NCBI GenBank assembly: GCA_942493245.1
Contig: OW818685.1
Location: 4,770,973-4,834,972 of the forward strand
Length of the DNA: 64,000 nucleotides
Origin: an uncultured Candidatus Sumerlaeota bacterium
Lineage (GTDB): Bacteria; Sumerlaeota; Sumerlaeia; UBA8349
Direction of reading: 5' to 3'
The translations under genes and the position numbers were made by a program. Below, one piece after another: positions 23,001 through 28,946 of this stretch; the first letter of the stretch is position 1; every line of letters starts with the position of its first letter. The notes under the pieces are model-generated. The model was not told the origin of the DNA. It ran no database searches and saw nothing but the letters and a program-made list of their open reading frames with translations.

Positions 23001-24241
23001 AACGACCCGATACTCTCGAGCGCCGACGCCTCGGTGGCCTGAAACTCCACCCGCGCCTTCTCGTTGTCCACAATCGTCATCGTGTGGGTCGCGATTTCGC
23101 CCAACCCCGCGTTGCCCGGCTTGGCCAGAGTCAACCCGACCGTTTCCAACCCCTCGAACTCGGTGTCTTCTACGATCTTGATCGGAATGTCAACCTGAGC
23201 CGTTCCCGGCTGGAAGGTCACGCTCGACACCTCGGGCGCCTGGTAGTCCTGCCCGTTGCCACTCGGCAACGCCGTCCCGCTCAACCCATATTGAACGACG
23301 ATTGTCTCGGTCGAGGCGCGCGACAGCTGCGCCACCACCGTCACATCGCCCGCAGACTCCAGCACCCGCGAATCCGCCTTGAAGAAACTGACCGTGGGCG
23401 GCTCATTGTCCTTAATCAACAACGTGAAATCCGGCGCACCGCCGACCTGATAGGGCGGCACACCGCCCGACGCATCCGCCGGCAGCAGTTCCAGCACGAC
23501 ACTCTCCGTCTGGATTTCCTCTTCTGTGTCATTGGTCACCTGAATCGGAATCGTCACCGACTCCGCGCCCGTCGGAACCGCCAGCGTTCCCGTCAACGTC
23601 CCATAGTCCACACCCTGCGACGCCGTTCCCGTCACGCGGTACGCCACGTTGATCGGACCGTCCGGCGCGGGCGAGAGCGCCACCTGAACGGCCACCAGTC
23701 CGGCATCCTCCTTCACCGTCCGCGCCGAAGTCACAAACGACACGCTTGGCGTGTCGTCGTCGCGAATCTTGAGCGCAAACCGTCCGCTGTTGCCCGGCGC
23801 TCCGGCCTCAGCCTGAACCGCGTCGGCCAACTCCAACTCGACCGTCTCGGTGTTTTCCGGCTCAGCGTCGTTGGTCAACGCCACCGCAATCTCAGCCACC
23901 GCCGCCGCGCCGCCGTTGGCCACGACCGCGACGGAACCGCTCAGGGCCGTATAATCGGCGCCTGGCGTCGCAGTCCCCCCGACAGTGTAGTCAATCGTCA
24001 GCGGTTGGGGCAACGGATCTCCGGTCAACGATTCCACCAGCACGTTCACCTTGACCGTGCCCGCGCTTTCGTTGTACGTGGCCTCGGGCGCCAGGAAACG
24101 CGCCGAGATCTCGGCGGCCGCCTGGCACTGTCCCGCCAGACTCCACCCCAGAAGCAGACACAGCGCCCCGGCGCCGATGCCCCGGCTCCAAGACCCCGCG
24201 CGCCCCAAGAATCCCGCTTTGGATGTGAACTGAGAAAACAT
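5003..24241 (-). CDS. Giant (about 6,412 aa) secreted multidomain surface/adhesin-like protein
   Basis: Single uninterrupted frame (ORF 5003..24472). The likely start is ATG 24241 (MFSQFTSKAGFLGRAGSWSRGIGAGALCLLLGWSLAGQCQA, a signal peptide) with AGGAAAGG about 10 nt upstream. Domains recognised, N- to C-terminus:
- about 4 Calx-beta repeats
- BNR/sialidase-like propeller
- Ig-like plus CarboxypepD_reg-like (TVVGTITDKDGKPVAGATVAARI)
- a Lys-rich lower-GC module
- a second BNR-like propeller (YYNGTTWSAP, SAHTWSTP, NANTWSAP, NGSSWSAP)
- CARDB
- right-handed beta-helix (NxxS/T-rich)
- dockerin/VCBS-like Ca loops (DANGNGVVDAGEG, DKNSDGVVDAGDE)
- WD40/TolB-like propellers flanking a Big_2 domain
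- about 10 Fn3 repeats (TYxWQVVA(R/K)N)
- an about 400-aa C-terminal region of unknown type. Confidence 0.9.
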   Translation of the reverse strand: MFSQFTSKAGFLGRAGSWSRGIGAGALCLLLGWSLAGQCQAAAEISARFLAPEATYNESAGTVKVNVLVESLTGDPLPQPLTIDYTVGGTATPGADYTALSGSVAVVANGGAAAVAEIAVALTNDAEPENTETVELELADAVQAEAGAPGNSGRFALKIRDDDTPSVSFVTSARTVKEDAGLVAVQVALSPAPDGPINVAYRVTGTASQGVDYGTLTGTLAVPTGAESVTIPIQVTNDTEEEIQTESVVLELLPADASGGVPPYQVGGAPDFTLLIKDNEPPTVSFFKADSRVLESAGDVTVVAQLSRASTETIVVQYGLSGTALPSGNGQDYQAPEVSSVTFQPGTAQVDIPIKIVEDTEFEGLETVGLTLAKPGNAGLGEIATHTMTIVDNEKARVEFQATEASALESIGSFTATVTLSEVAPEDIAIQYALSGTAQADKDYYPPSQMTVTIYKGTSSSFLNFAIVDDQEKEKKETIVATVTGSPGNVDIGVNNVHTLTILDNDQYPAKLVSPEGQNASVPDMAIDGAGNAHIIWKANNNLWYTKIDKDYQVVVPAKEIYRSSSSAVLVPRIAVDKAGVVHVVHATTSRSILNYIRIEDGVYKMSRAFQIYPSSTYKNQEYNWPAIALTPAGQPIVVCEGRVYDDATPAPNGINFIATVELGTDGNPITETRWAPFSRKFGVAFGSYSFDGYGRPDLAYDSTGNLHVVWRHKEDAKGAAPDPAWTTWSVVHARKGLKWKGKLYHEISPDRNVLVTYGGPQIASSGARQMDIVWCSTSNAMYWQRIESNGDPVNLGGTGVREPTLLSYAARYPEVAGGFGKEFFAWMYEGVAGEPAQIYSCNASDLKAAKSVSDSEGSPAFERMAARSASAADYVWKEGAGVYYRSLSSGVTIESSENYNRLTRTLDVRARATDLIQQPITNQNADEFTWKLTDNSGTARGEGKLQWSDGAGEWVATYTLPEGKTLEPGSYPIRYSISANTRGGQKLTGESLSVLTVAKPFTVVGTITDKDGKPVAGATVAARIRKNQPPSREVLSGADGKYQLADLVESDARVVTVSKNGYGENALPIEPPSNGAQVVIDLTLPEQTVGPSIAAGKLSYGSGESVLLAGLSNFRDKYVVNVNWNGGTPKKVTFSSNDTKETKEIEVGTPAPDFFELEFDVSQWFSGVTNLGRYAITVVAEDQEGRKAERVEPINVVALPELFRLILSMIPTTPTDLDLFLSGEVTLVKLKNTKNLPFLGYLGPEVEVVLGLIYKLTNGEWSVGINGSMDDDAKKLSEGKKYYRGNERDRNNHRKVLFRYGEKEVEIKPSFTMSGKATPLAGVSFEKAVVGLEVAFKDTIISFLLTDLFPGGQIARFLDYLKKWKFDINSIQRLDIVGGLSGKGEAQLCVSPVRIENLDTELGASLSAVYNPRLYKALTAELSVGGEGALKTRILQIPEFKGIEFKALVRAIFKWKDMEVVKGEYPFLTYPSEGGEGIVALFSPNSLLADGVSVTGQRPVSRAYLANGPSQFVASGASVGIQSAESGETPLDRFRMLGTSGAQPVRAAAEGLVKADGESVTSGLEQADLTLVTNVYPDSSPALASHGSTLMLLYSADNGGADLQFADIHWTYYNGTTWSAPAPIQTNTQGEFAPQVAFDGDGDAVAVWERVKDPNLTTANLDVIMPLYEIVWARWDHSAHTWSTPVALTDNAYLDQCPQLCGPMADGSVLLTWKSNAQNYFVGSDAAPTTAHWARFDANANTWSAPAALVANLTGERAETLAGAGNLAVYAYTRELDLATSSTQDTEVYYTKYNGSSWSAPARLTNNAVLDDSIRAAVTATGQTYLVWQMGSDLVMNQNFETTTSLVRANSNSMGFMDFALAPNPDGNLGLIWQAQTAEGTNAMYTVYDPASGVWSQDRRLFQDAAIEYAYAPAWDDLGNLTVAYNRQAVSLTTETIALDGGGSVTIGGVPTRGQADLAVVKRALVKDLAILPGDLTYSAGPLLSGEVVDFEILVRNTGDLPVQGASVVVYDGNPAAGGVEVARRVLGDWFEGGTSVTVALSWTIPEPVGAHTLYAVVDADSTVTEFNEYNNQQWVTLGGTDLSPMEVVSSVAQADGSARLVVRVRNAGGPESPVATLGVRPAGASGAALATASIPALAAGTSAEVPVDLPAGSVSPETPAKFDVRSDDASVVEDVNRDNDLLTAEVMGVADASPAVAAVVEVMTDLDEMPVAEAGTTVFHVWLSAMPSAPVSLAVTAVAGGDADLTVSSGATFQIQPSAWNTPVAVTLAAAADGDSANGTTQFQIAESGSTVGVVSKQVQVVEMDDDAQNVVGGTLAANTNWNDTTKDYLITSQLVVPAGVTLTIGPGVRVRHGGSLDFTAIKVSGTLVASDADFQFYTRAEYYDSWRFNGVEVLNGGNVELNRCSLRSIERNYTDNWRWSAIVTSSDTSSIQVKGCSFESLNTLSGNRTSFGVQMRLLPNASIGDDTTQATPIPCSFRGFSYGIGWKFGTGVQNVGVCQFQDCQSNVRIWGDVTGTAVVRNKGTQILFDNTNADQYSSNGTVVVKAGGTLTFETSSTLVTDHPNRLLVVEAGGTLNLTDVEVDSVASIRVYGTMQATGTAFLGRAARLYYASSRVSPLEVYAGGTANLKTCSFYVHEANVTTDINWWAAHVWVAPPDTANSLVGGQLYADGCFFTSVNCESTITPMALLFQTDRNWEVTRSGFVGNAYTIWTGNTYGVTGAMATAPTLTGNFFENSSNYAVYNNTQTAFDAPDNWWGSATGPRHVGNAAGLGDPVTDYVNYTGLSLEPSFPMVRFVNPVTGQERTNLEVGSALSAVELLAFRVTPQASQVREVGFRLSEAAGNFQWSQMANFRLAVDTNGDGRISGSEQTTVGGAGLLLTEGSNQSVVFSDPFVSENSPSGAYILLADARDVVAGQGFTVSLNDRFCRVPAGTGIETEADSARHVAGPAVILSNPVDGQLSDQLNAYAAQQDVRLLGFQLKGDATKQVERLTVRLSNVEGLTAQKIRSVSLIADANGNGVVDAGEGTVGGAPEVSVSGGSGTIEFSRQTFATESAYLVVADFAYLSGGNRFKIGLSTADIKLVGTATVSGAADAVTHIVKYPLQLSKSAAWQAPTNFGASASQDDVPILGFQLAPAGIEAQSLQLDMSNMTGIEIADISGARVYWDKNSDGVVDAGDELVVGDGQLQITETGAGTLLFDASFVSRGDMIAVANFANLKNGDEITFSIRSEGIGVGAGQMVSGTAPEARLVVGSGLGDNPNQNMKWTLTYRSPGGTRVSGRFNHAGNRVILGYDTGSAWVFDSESNTPLIMLKDHYDKVRYAGFSSDDSAAVTVSRDGAVYIWDLNTSGSLRSAMFADLLVTYAVPSPDFSKLMVITEGKGMLLDIDTQRRLWEFVPGNATVNAIAYSPDGQTIAVGTSDNFAYLVNSETGVQVGQAFLGHSQAVTAVGFTGDGSHLMTASTDATVQLWRISTHMPVRTISLTGQNAQGAAVSFDGKRICMITGTGNQAMLRMYDELGLELYQINLNTVSGGNWGGSLDNVTFDDAGQRVMVNSNGNGWAPSAVFLVSDGSFVGQYGPQGYFSDWNSARPRLSQDGARLFYETNWGMNLLQRESGKTIRRSDGLNGIYGFDVSNDGSKVAWITNEWSGRFQIEAVSDEGFSKVLDRTLGTYYYTNISLSPDGNLAALGDRLYSAKTGDLFANYASPDGNYQSAFSGDGSKWGFAIANNKSLITLRTNDPNAVLYNMTNTNPYTPYKMLYHPDGKRVGMVDAHTGVQMYDMPKQLPVGLYRFEGTNYDAALSQDGSLLLIGGDNTVRLYDVKTGRILRYFYPMHSSLMDVRVRSVQFARNDSLIMIAWSYNYVETYERSQADRIEITPSLRVLKPGESQDYTVELVYDDSTRRDITPRSGVEATSVTIEVEPASMATLEGNVVTVAPGAEGEFVLRAQYRESGRNLTGEARVLVNEDGARVVSLVADPNHLSLNPGVFRNIRYTAWWDDGYSADVSADVTLTADKPEDMEILGQNVKVNYTARPGNYLVTGSYTALSGETITTDTVVTLYGPKTEWERYQVTGGGYGLSGAYSADGKNLALGSSSGAINLYEVGVTPSQYQIKQVIMAHEGQISFVAYLDAARIVTVGGEGTIKTWAVDVPTSTPLTVFTHDAGIVCAALSGSGATAMLAVGDEIGRVGLFDLSTNVFTWLKPAHTGKTQSVALDSTQVLSGGADNVVMVFNRTDGSRVRPSGLLVHTKPVTAVGYLGTDGFYSTGEDQTLTRWRKSDLEVIDRYEYPAAVTAAKVIGEQLYVATNDPVSTWIYNKDGLLLRWLDHPPAEGKIVHYLVDPSGQYVVTGRTTGRKTVGVSFMGMDIGEEEKISEFSSFQFWEVGRGIFRGSLAHSFPMSGAHISGDGKTVFTQDPKRTMKWTPGTNRVDMTATRLMETGYFIDPKFEGMDFTNDSSKLATRVGVSIFMYDTANDLLWKTLHTPASAFAISPQGTRMVTADSKVRLWDLANLSQIREESRVAGALDFRLENHFLGGMYNERFIGIWNSAGLLFNGMKTRHSPLQLFVNELGTRCVAVTEEVSGDDIEQTHMYYLETYDISDLVAGPSLVNDIFIMSVTVDALMGESVDASFTVAISEDGTLALVGVSGGSKPGQSARPVRLINMNDGSTIREFLPASGMGEENIGAASVGFSNNDQTLMIGWREGYVSLYHRVLAGNLEVYLDFPETSSTLKALSAQVEDGVGRVVSKAMAEGTEINVSPGNVINGRAFVNYVNGTRLNVTSTIEFEAAPADYVEINGVEITIDPDAPTPSQVTLTARYVELGTAMQTQVTLNIIDPQAPVIVEIPDASVSVGESYTGPTPEMVQGAQPIAWSLVAGPQGMTIDAGTGVVSWASATEGVTTVTIRATNELGSDEESWLLSVYPKNLANSVDANLLPMTWSTEGDATWFYQTEVTHDGVDAAQSGNTGYNVPSTLRADISTTEHRTLTFWWKLSAHTDTTLRFYIDDAQQVSINGEVGWTSQTVEVPAGSHSLKWVYTRGWWTAGSNAGWVDQVTFAPSIWPERPILLTPANNATNVESDVTFNWSGGGLTDSYDFYLWKSNEAKPVVPTQAGLMGKTFQVPGGLAYWTDYRWQVVARNAQGTVASTESAFRTIYLTAPEAPTTPNPEDNSTTAPVTLTLDWADSKRVATYDVYLWKATEGQPWSPTTSGLTVSQYSPPQTLPYDASYKWKVVARNTAGGTEGPTWTFTTILLKPETPAQPAPADGATTASVALQLDWADTPMATSYDLKFWRADKPVPTTFTAEALSVSQYPLPAALDYLTTYSWQVVAKNRVDSTEGPVWTFRTDIQAPFSPYPEDASLSIPVDATMTWGRSAGALSWDLYLWKKTQAKPVAPTITGLTDPAWKPTADLDFDTEYQWQVVVNGKTNQKAGPEWSFRTHIEGAPSVPKLLNPPDNSTGVSVAINLAWEASARAGSYYLIYVWREVDGKPGWPNYAYSTEYDPGDLAYNTVYKWQVVARNATGDTVGPVWTFRTQRVGSPEPVIPDSPSPYVGETNVSVDKTLDWSDATDALWYNVYLWPSAQPRPTVPTTSGLTASSFKPAGALEGNTKYYWFVTAGNAKGETLGALWSFTTETPALPGEPGGPTPSDGATAVLPTTALDWADSSAASKYDLYLWKSTDAKPAQPTVTDLTASHYTPSAMLEGATTYKWQVVARNMVGQTPGPEWSFTTRAIVTPEKPQLISPENNAEGVLEDPTFDWNDAANADSYILSVWKQGDATPTTVSATWSYYWWNSPTFQGGTTYTWQVTAVNWAGQTSSDIFTFVTRVVGAPGAPSWPNPSNGAVDVSLTPTFYWSGGSNALSHDFYLWKPADPTPSTPMASDLGGTQFTPSGSLESNTVYNWKVVAKNAIGSTSGPVWTFTTLYVAPIPTPGGLAASQGEWGSRVNVSWQPLAGYGYYYRVYRAESPTDTPQAISLWQSSASFEDVTAKRRQTYYYWVQAANGAAGENAGALGGPAQGWLFLPTLPLRAYKITYSKDITLAFDTPTTGGLTLNGTTDKSAIKIKWLPKGLPAGTASGTVAKPGTAYLETREIPSVVIPGLFGTFASDAPIYRMQASSVKSVTAANGLEDYKGGDVGTLKITASYNSSRTNFTEFGVTSIQTVGSIPLSVAINGAVLEGLLTSQPVKYVKVATRKFKDSATKEKRFSQAGIGALGDVDKDVKGGTLLSVQDTWLSAPSFALVQSTGGPVALGLLQGTQGPVAKVMVSGGAYATTTVGTRILQGNLRTSELKSAGPIALLSAKTVKVGTVYLGGYLGFPWEPSRMRVLAQPKTGTISCITTLSGLNGVSGQFYAGFQEDGTAVYTGGIKSITTSKTGRIEGEAFISTDPKARPKFKPAQPPVTQFIIHTSAAGIVE
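6250..9100 (-). repeat. Tandem array of about 10 fibronectin type III-like repeats inside the giant CDS
   Basis: Repeated about 95-aa units ending ...Y(K/R)WQVVA(R/K)N..G.T.GP.W(T/S)F(T/R)T. Confidence 0.7.
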
Positions 24242-24680
24242 GGTGGACCACCTTTCCTGACCCGGCGACCGTCTTGAACGGCCCTCCCGGGTTCTTTGAA
24301 AAAAATACCCTCTGCGCCTCGATAGATCTTCCGTTCGGAAACGCAAAGACGATGAGTCGGGCAGGCGCACTTCGCCCGCCGGTTGAAAAAGCGCCCGGTC
24401 ATTCCACAACCAGACGCCAAAACCCGTCTGCAAAAGACGGGGGAAAACCAGACACACAGGGTGTTGACGCAACTGCGGGGAACCGGCCCGGGGAACACCC
24501 TCATCCGAGACTCGTTCGCGGGGGACAAAAGCATTCCCCCATCTCGCCCCGGAAAACCATTCCGACTTTTGATGACTGTGTACAGACCTCTAACGGTTCT
24601 TCTGTCACAAAAAAACCGCCCCATCCCCACGCACAAGAAATTTGGAAAACCCGCGCAAAACCACACTCTTCCACATATAT

Positions 24681-24709
24681 AGGATACAGCCACCCCTTGA
24701 GCCTGTCAA
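24681..24709 (-). promoter_or_regulatory. Candidate sigma70-type promoter for the giant gene (TTGACA-17-TATCCT)
   Basis: On the minus strand, CTTGACAggctcaaggggtggctgTATCCTatatatg. The -35 is at 24709..24704 and the -10 at 24686..24681. This would give an about 430-nt 5' UTR. Confidence 0.35.
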
Positions 24710-24799
24710 GCGGAACCCGGGAAACGCCGGTCAGCCCGGAGGGGAAACGAGTCGTCCTGGCGCTCGCGATCTGGATCGTTTCAGGAGGCCCCCTCCCCG

Positions 24800-24839
24800 A
24801 AAAAAACCACCCCCTGTGGGTTGAAACCACAGGGGGTGG
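24800..24839 (-). terminator. Rho-independent terminator downstream of nrdJ
   Basis: On the minus strand there is a 13-bp perfect stem (CCACCCCCTGTGG / CCACAGGGGGTGG) with loop TTTCAAC, followed by TTTTTTT. Confidence 0.7.
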
Positions 24840-25107
24840 GACCAATTGCCGGGGAGGTGGGAGATTTAGAGAGGTTCCACAGGAGGGGGAACCATCATAA
24901 GAGTAATCACTTGGAGGGAGAGAGAAAGGAAAGTGATTGGGAACGCGAGCCGGAATCAGAGGGAGGCGTCGCGCGCTTTTTCCCCGGCAAACTTTGACGT
25001 GAAGGACCGACTCGGGGCAAATACACCCCTTCTGCCAGCCCGTCCCCGTCTAAACTATCAAAGAACCCGGCGCGCGGCCCGGAGGCTGCGCCCGCGCAGA
25101 CTGTCCG

Positions 25108-28100
25108 TCAGGAGCACCCCATGGACTGCCCGCAGTTCAAACACTTGTAACACGATCCGTTACGCACGGTGATGTGCCCGCACATGTCGCACAGGGGGGC
25201 ATCGCCCGCCGCGGCCAGCTGGTAATCCACCGGCGAAGCCATCCGCTGCGCCTCCTGTTCGAGAAGGATCTCAACATACGGATCGGAGTCCGGCTTTTCC
25301 ATCTCCTCGAACGCGGGCGCATAAACAGCGTCCTGAGCCGTAGCGCCCCCATTCGACCCACTCGAACCGTTGCGCGGCGCGCCCGTCTTCAGTTCCTGCA
25401 AATCTGGCCGCGACGCGAATCCGGGATCTTCCTGGGCCAGTTTCGCGGGCTCCTTCACCACGGGTCCGCGAATCACCTTGGCGCGCGGCCACACGGGCGT
25501 TCCCAACCCCGCCGTCACGCCCACACGCTCGCGGTCCTTCTCCCAGTCGGGCTTGACCTGGCAGAACTCCGTGCGGCCCAGATACTCGAGACCCAGCACG
25601 CGGAACACATAATCAATTACCGACGTGGCCATCTTGATGTTCGGGTGGTCGCACACCCCGCGCGGTTCGAAGTTCGTATAGGTGAACGTGTCCACGAATT
25701 CGCGCAGCGGCACGCCGTACTGAAGCCCCTTCGAGACGGCGATGGACAAGCACATGATAAGCGAACGGAAGGTCGAGCCTTCTTTGTGCATATCCACAAA
25801 AATCTCGCCCAGGCGTCCGTCTTCATACTCGCCCGTGCGCAGATAAACCTTGTGGCCGGCCACACGCGCCTCGACGGTGATGCCCCCGCGGCGCTGTGGC
25901 AGGAAACGGCGGCGCGGCTCGCCCTCGACCAGTTCCGGGAACATCTCGAGCTGGCCCGTCTCGCTGCGCACCGGCGTCAGGTCGCTCTTCTTTTTCTCGT
26001 CTTTCTTCTTCGACGAGAGCGGTTGGCTGCTCTTGCTTCCGTCGCGGTAAATGGCCACCGCTTTCAGGCCCAGTTCCCACGACTGGCGATACACCTGTCC
26101 GATCTGGTCGGCCGTGGTCGAGTGGGGCAGGTTGACCGTCTTGCTGATCGCGCCGCTGATGAACGGCTGCACCGCCGACATCATCAACAGGTGCCCCTGC
26201 GGCAGAATCGCCCGCACCCCGAGCGCCCCGCACCGGTTCGCGCAATCGAACACCGGATAATGCCGCGTCTCGAGGTAAGGCGCACCCTCGATGGTCATGC
26301 TCCCGCACACCACCCGATTCGCCTCTTCCACTTCGTAGGAAGTGAACCCGAGCGCCTCGAGCAGGTTGAACTGGGGCTTCTTTTCGTAATCCTCGTTCTT
26401 GAACCCGAGCCGACGCATCCCGTCCGGCCCCAGATTGTGCGGCGAGAACGCGTGTTCGAGCCGCACCACGCCATGCAGCGCCTTTTCAATCCTGCGAATG
26501 TCCGTCAACTCGAGACCCTTGTCCAGCAGGGTCTTGACGTTGATCACCGGCGCGTTTTCCAGTTCCTGCGTTCCGAGCACATACTGCAGAATCGCCTGAA
26601 CATGATCCTGCGCATAACCCAACGCGCGCAATGCGCGATTCACTGAACGATTGACAATCTTGAAGTAACCGCCCCCGGCCAGTTTCTTGAACTTCACAAG
26701 CCCGTAGTCCGGTTCGATGCCCGTTGTGTCGCAATCCATCAACAGGCCGATCGTGCCCGTGGGCGCCAGCACACTGACCTGCGCGTTGCGGAAACCCCAC
26801 TTCAATCCGCCCTCGATCGCCGCCTCCCACTGCTGGCGCGCGCTCTCGATCAGCGTATCGGGGCAATACTTTTCGTTGATCTTCTCGACCGCATGGCGAT
26901 GCTTCCGAATCACCTTCAGCATCGGCTCGCGGTTCTCTTCGAACGCATCGAAGGCCCCCTTGCTCCCGGCAATCTCGGCCGACACCCGGTAGGCGTAGCC
27001 GGTCATGATCGCCGTGAGCGCCGCCGCCCAGGCCCGGCCGCCGTCGCTGTCGTAGGGCAGCCCCTGCACCATCAGGAGCGACCCCAGGTTGGCGTATCCC
27101 AACCCGAGCGGACGGAACCGATGGCTGTTGGCCGCGATCTCGCGAGAGGGATAGGACGAGAAATCCACCAGAATTTCCTGCGCCAGGGTGAACACCCGGA
27201 TCGTCTGGAGGTATCCCTCGATGTCGAAAACGTCATCCTCGCCCATGTACTTCAACAGGTTGATGGACGCCAGGTTGCACGCCGTGTCGTCCACAAACAT
27301 GAACTCCGAACACGGATTGCTCGCCCGGATCGGCCCGCTGTTGGGGCACGTGTGCCACTCGTTGATCGTCGTATCGAACTGCAATCCCGGGTCTGCGCAC
27401 TCGTACGCCGACTCACAGATCTCGCTCATGAGGTCCGCCGCCGGAAACGTCTCACAGACCTCGCCCGTCGTGCGGAAACGCGTCTTCCAGTCGCCCCCGT
27501 CCTGGCAGGCCCGCATGAACTCGTCGCTGACGCGCACGGAATTGTTGCTGTTCTGACCCGAAACCGTGTGGTACGCTTCGCCGTTGAAATCGGACGGATA
27601 GCCCGCCTCGATCAGCGCCCGCACCTTCTTCTCTTCTTTGCTTTTCCACGCCACAAAGTCCCGGATCTCGGGATGGTCCGCGTCCAGACACACCATCTTG
27701 GCCGCGCGCCGCGTCGTCCCGCCGCTCTTCGTCGCGCCCGCCGCCCGGTCGTACACTTCGAGGAAACTCATCACCCCCGACGACGTGCCGCCGCCCGACA
27801 GATGCTCCTGCCGCCCGCGCAGGCTCGAAAAGTTCGTGCCCGTGCCGGAACCGTACTTGAAGATCCGCGCCTCTTTCTTCATCAGATCGAAGATGGACAT
27901 CAGATCGTCATTGACCGACTGAATGAAACACGCCGAGCACTGCGGACGCTCGTAATTGTGCGCCAGTTCAACCGCCTGACCGCTCGCCTCGTCCCACGCC
28001 CAGTTGCCCCCACTGCCCTGAATGCCATATTCATCGAACAACCCGCAATTGAACCACACAGGCGAGTTGAACGCCGCAAACTGGTGCAGCAACAACCAGA

Positions 28101-28443
28101 TCATCTCCTGCTCGAACACCGTTGCGTCCTCGGGCGAGTCGAAATACCCCCCCATGCGCTCCCCCGCCGCGCGAATGGCCCGCGCGATACGACCCACCAC
28201 CTGCTGGACGCTTGCCTCATGATCCAGCACCCCCTCGCGTCCGCCCGAAACTCCGGCCTTGCGAATGTATTTCGAAATCAGAATGTCACTCGCCAGCTGC
28301 GACCACTTGGAAGGCACCTCAATGTCATGCATCTCGAAAACAGGTGAACCATCCGCATTCCGAATGACGCAGCTGCGCTTCTCGTACTCGACGGTCTCGA
28401 ACGGATGGACATCCGGGGTTGTGAAACGGCGCTTCAGATTCAA
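25108..28443 (-). CDS. nrdJ: Adenosylcobalamin-dependent ribonucleoside-diphosphate reductase (class II RNR) with C-terminal Zn-ribbon
   Basis: 1111 aa with class II RNR motifs and a C-terminal CDMCGHITVRNGSCYKCLNCGQSMGCS. The start is TTG at 28443..28441, preceded by GAGGAAAGG. Confidence 0.9.
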   Translation of the reverse strand: MNLKRRFTTPDVHPFETVEYEKRSCVIRNADGSPVFEMHDIEVPSKWSQLASDILISKYIRKAGVSGGREGVLDHEASVQQVVGRIARAIRAAGERMGGYFDSPEDATVFEQEMIWLLLHQFAAFNSPVWFNCGLFDEYGIQGSGGNWAWDEASGQAVELAHNYERPQCSACFIQSVNDDLMSIFDLMKKEARIFKYGSGTGTNFSSLRGRQEHLSGGGTSSGVMSFLEVYDRAAGATKSGGTTRRAAKMVCLDADHPEIRDFVAWKSKEEKKVRALIEAGYPSDFNGEAYHTVSGQNSNNSVRVSDEFMRACQDGGDWKTRFRTTGEVCETFPAADLMSEICESAYECADPGLQFDTTINEWHTCPNSGPIRASNPCSEFMFVDDTACNLASINLLKYMGEDDVFDIEGYLQTIRVFTLAQEILVDFSSYPSREIAANSHRFRPLGLGYANLGSLLMVQGLPYDSDGGRAWAAALTAIMTGYAYRVSAEIAGSKGAFDAFEENREPMLKVIRKHRHAVEKINEKYCPDTLIESARQQWEAAIEGGLKWGFRNAQVSVLAPTGTIGLLMDCDTTGIEPDYGLVKFKKLAGGGYFKIVNRSVNRALRALGYAQDHVQAILQYVLGTQELENAPVINVKTLLDKGLELTDIRRIEKALHGVVRLEHAFSPHNLGPDGMRRLGFKNEDYEKKPQFNLLEALGFTSYEVEEANRVVCGSMTIEGAPYLETRHYPVFDCANRCGALGVRAILPQGHLLMMSAVQPFISGAISKTVNLPHSTTADQIGQVYRQSWELGLKAVAIYRDGSKSSQPLSSKKKDEKKKSDLTPVRSETGQLEMFPELVEGEPRRRFLPQRRGGITVEARVAGHKVYLRTGEYEDGRLGEIFVDMHKEGSTFRSLIMCLSIAVSKGLQYGVPLREFVDTFTYTNFEPRGVCDHPNIKMATSVIDYVFRVLGLEYLGRTEFCQVKPDWEKDRERVGVTAGLGTPVWPRAKVIRGPVVKEPAKLAQEDPGFASRPDLQELKTGAPRNGSSGSNGGATAQDAVYAPAFEEMEKPDSDPYVEILLEQEAQRMASPVDYQLAAAGDAPLCDMCGHITVRNGSCYKCLNCGQSMGCS

Positions 28444-28602
28444 GAGACAAACCTTTCCTCACGTCCACATAGGGACATTGCCCCGCAGACGACAGCACTT
28501 CAAACGGCACCGACCCTCGCGTCAGATTCCCTCCGGCGTCCTCCGGCCCCTTCTCTGAAGACCACCGAAAAGACCCGGTATGCCCGTCCTGACTCGATCC
28601 CC

Positions 28603-28655
28603 CCACACGCGGCGATGTGTTCGAGTATTCATTGGAATCGCCACTACATGTGTGG
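28603..28655 (-). promoter_or_regulatory. Two NrdR-box-like palindromes in the nrdJ leader
   Basis: On the minus strand the boxes are CCACACATGTAGTGG and ACACATCGCCGCGTGTGG, about 35 nt apart, just downstream of the candidate promoter. Confidence 0.35.
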
Positions 28656-28668
28656 CTTGAAGGCTAAA

Positions 28669-28697
28669 TAGATACTACTCCTTGTATCGTTTGTCAA
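28669..28697 (-). promoter_or_regulatory. Candidate sigma70 promoter for nrdJ (TTGACA-17-TATCTA)
   Basis: The -35 TTGACA is at 28697..28692 and the -10 TATCTA at 28674..28669, in an AT-rich patch. This would give an about 220-nt leader. Confidence 0.4.
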
Positions 28698-28946
28698 GAG
28701 GGGAGTTATATCTTGTATTTCTCCGCAGGCGCTTACCAGCACCCGACTTAGAAACAGGGGGCGAAAAAAGGCAAAAAAAAATCTCCGAAAGAAGGGGAAA
28801 ATTTGCGTTTCCTCCTTCCCGCGGAGATTCGTCCGTTAAACGGGAACTCTGACAATTAAGATTGGAGCGAATGATAAACCCGACAGGACTTATTTGGGCG
28901 ATTCTGAATGGCGAATCCCGAACAAAAAGGGAGTCTCTCCATCTCC

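Noticed and set aside
28444-28700. Possible cobalamin riboswitch in the nrdJ leader
   Set aside because: No B12-box-like GCCACTG core or conserved stems were seen. B12 riboswitches normally control B12-independent isozymes, not nrdJ. NrdR-type boxes fit better.
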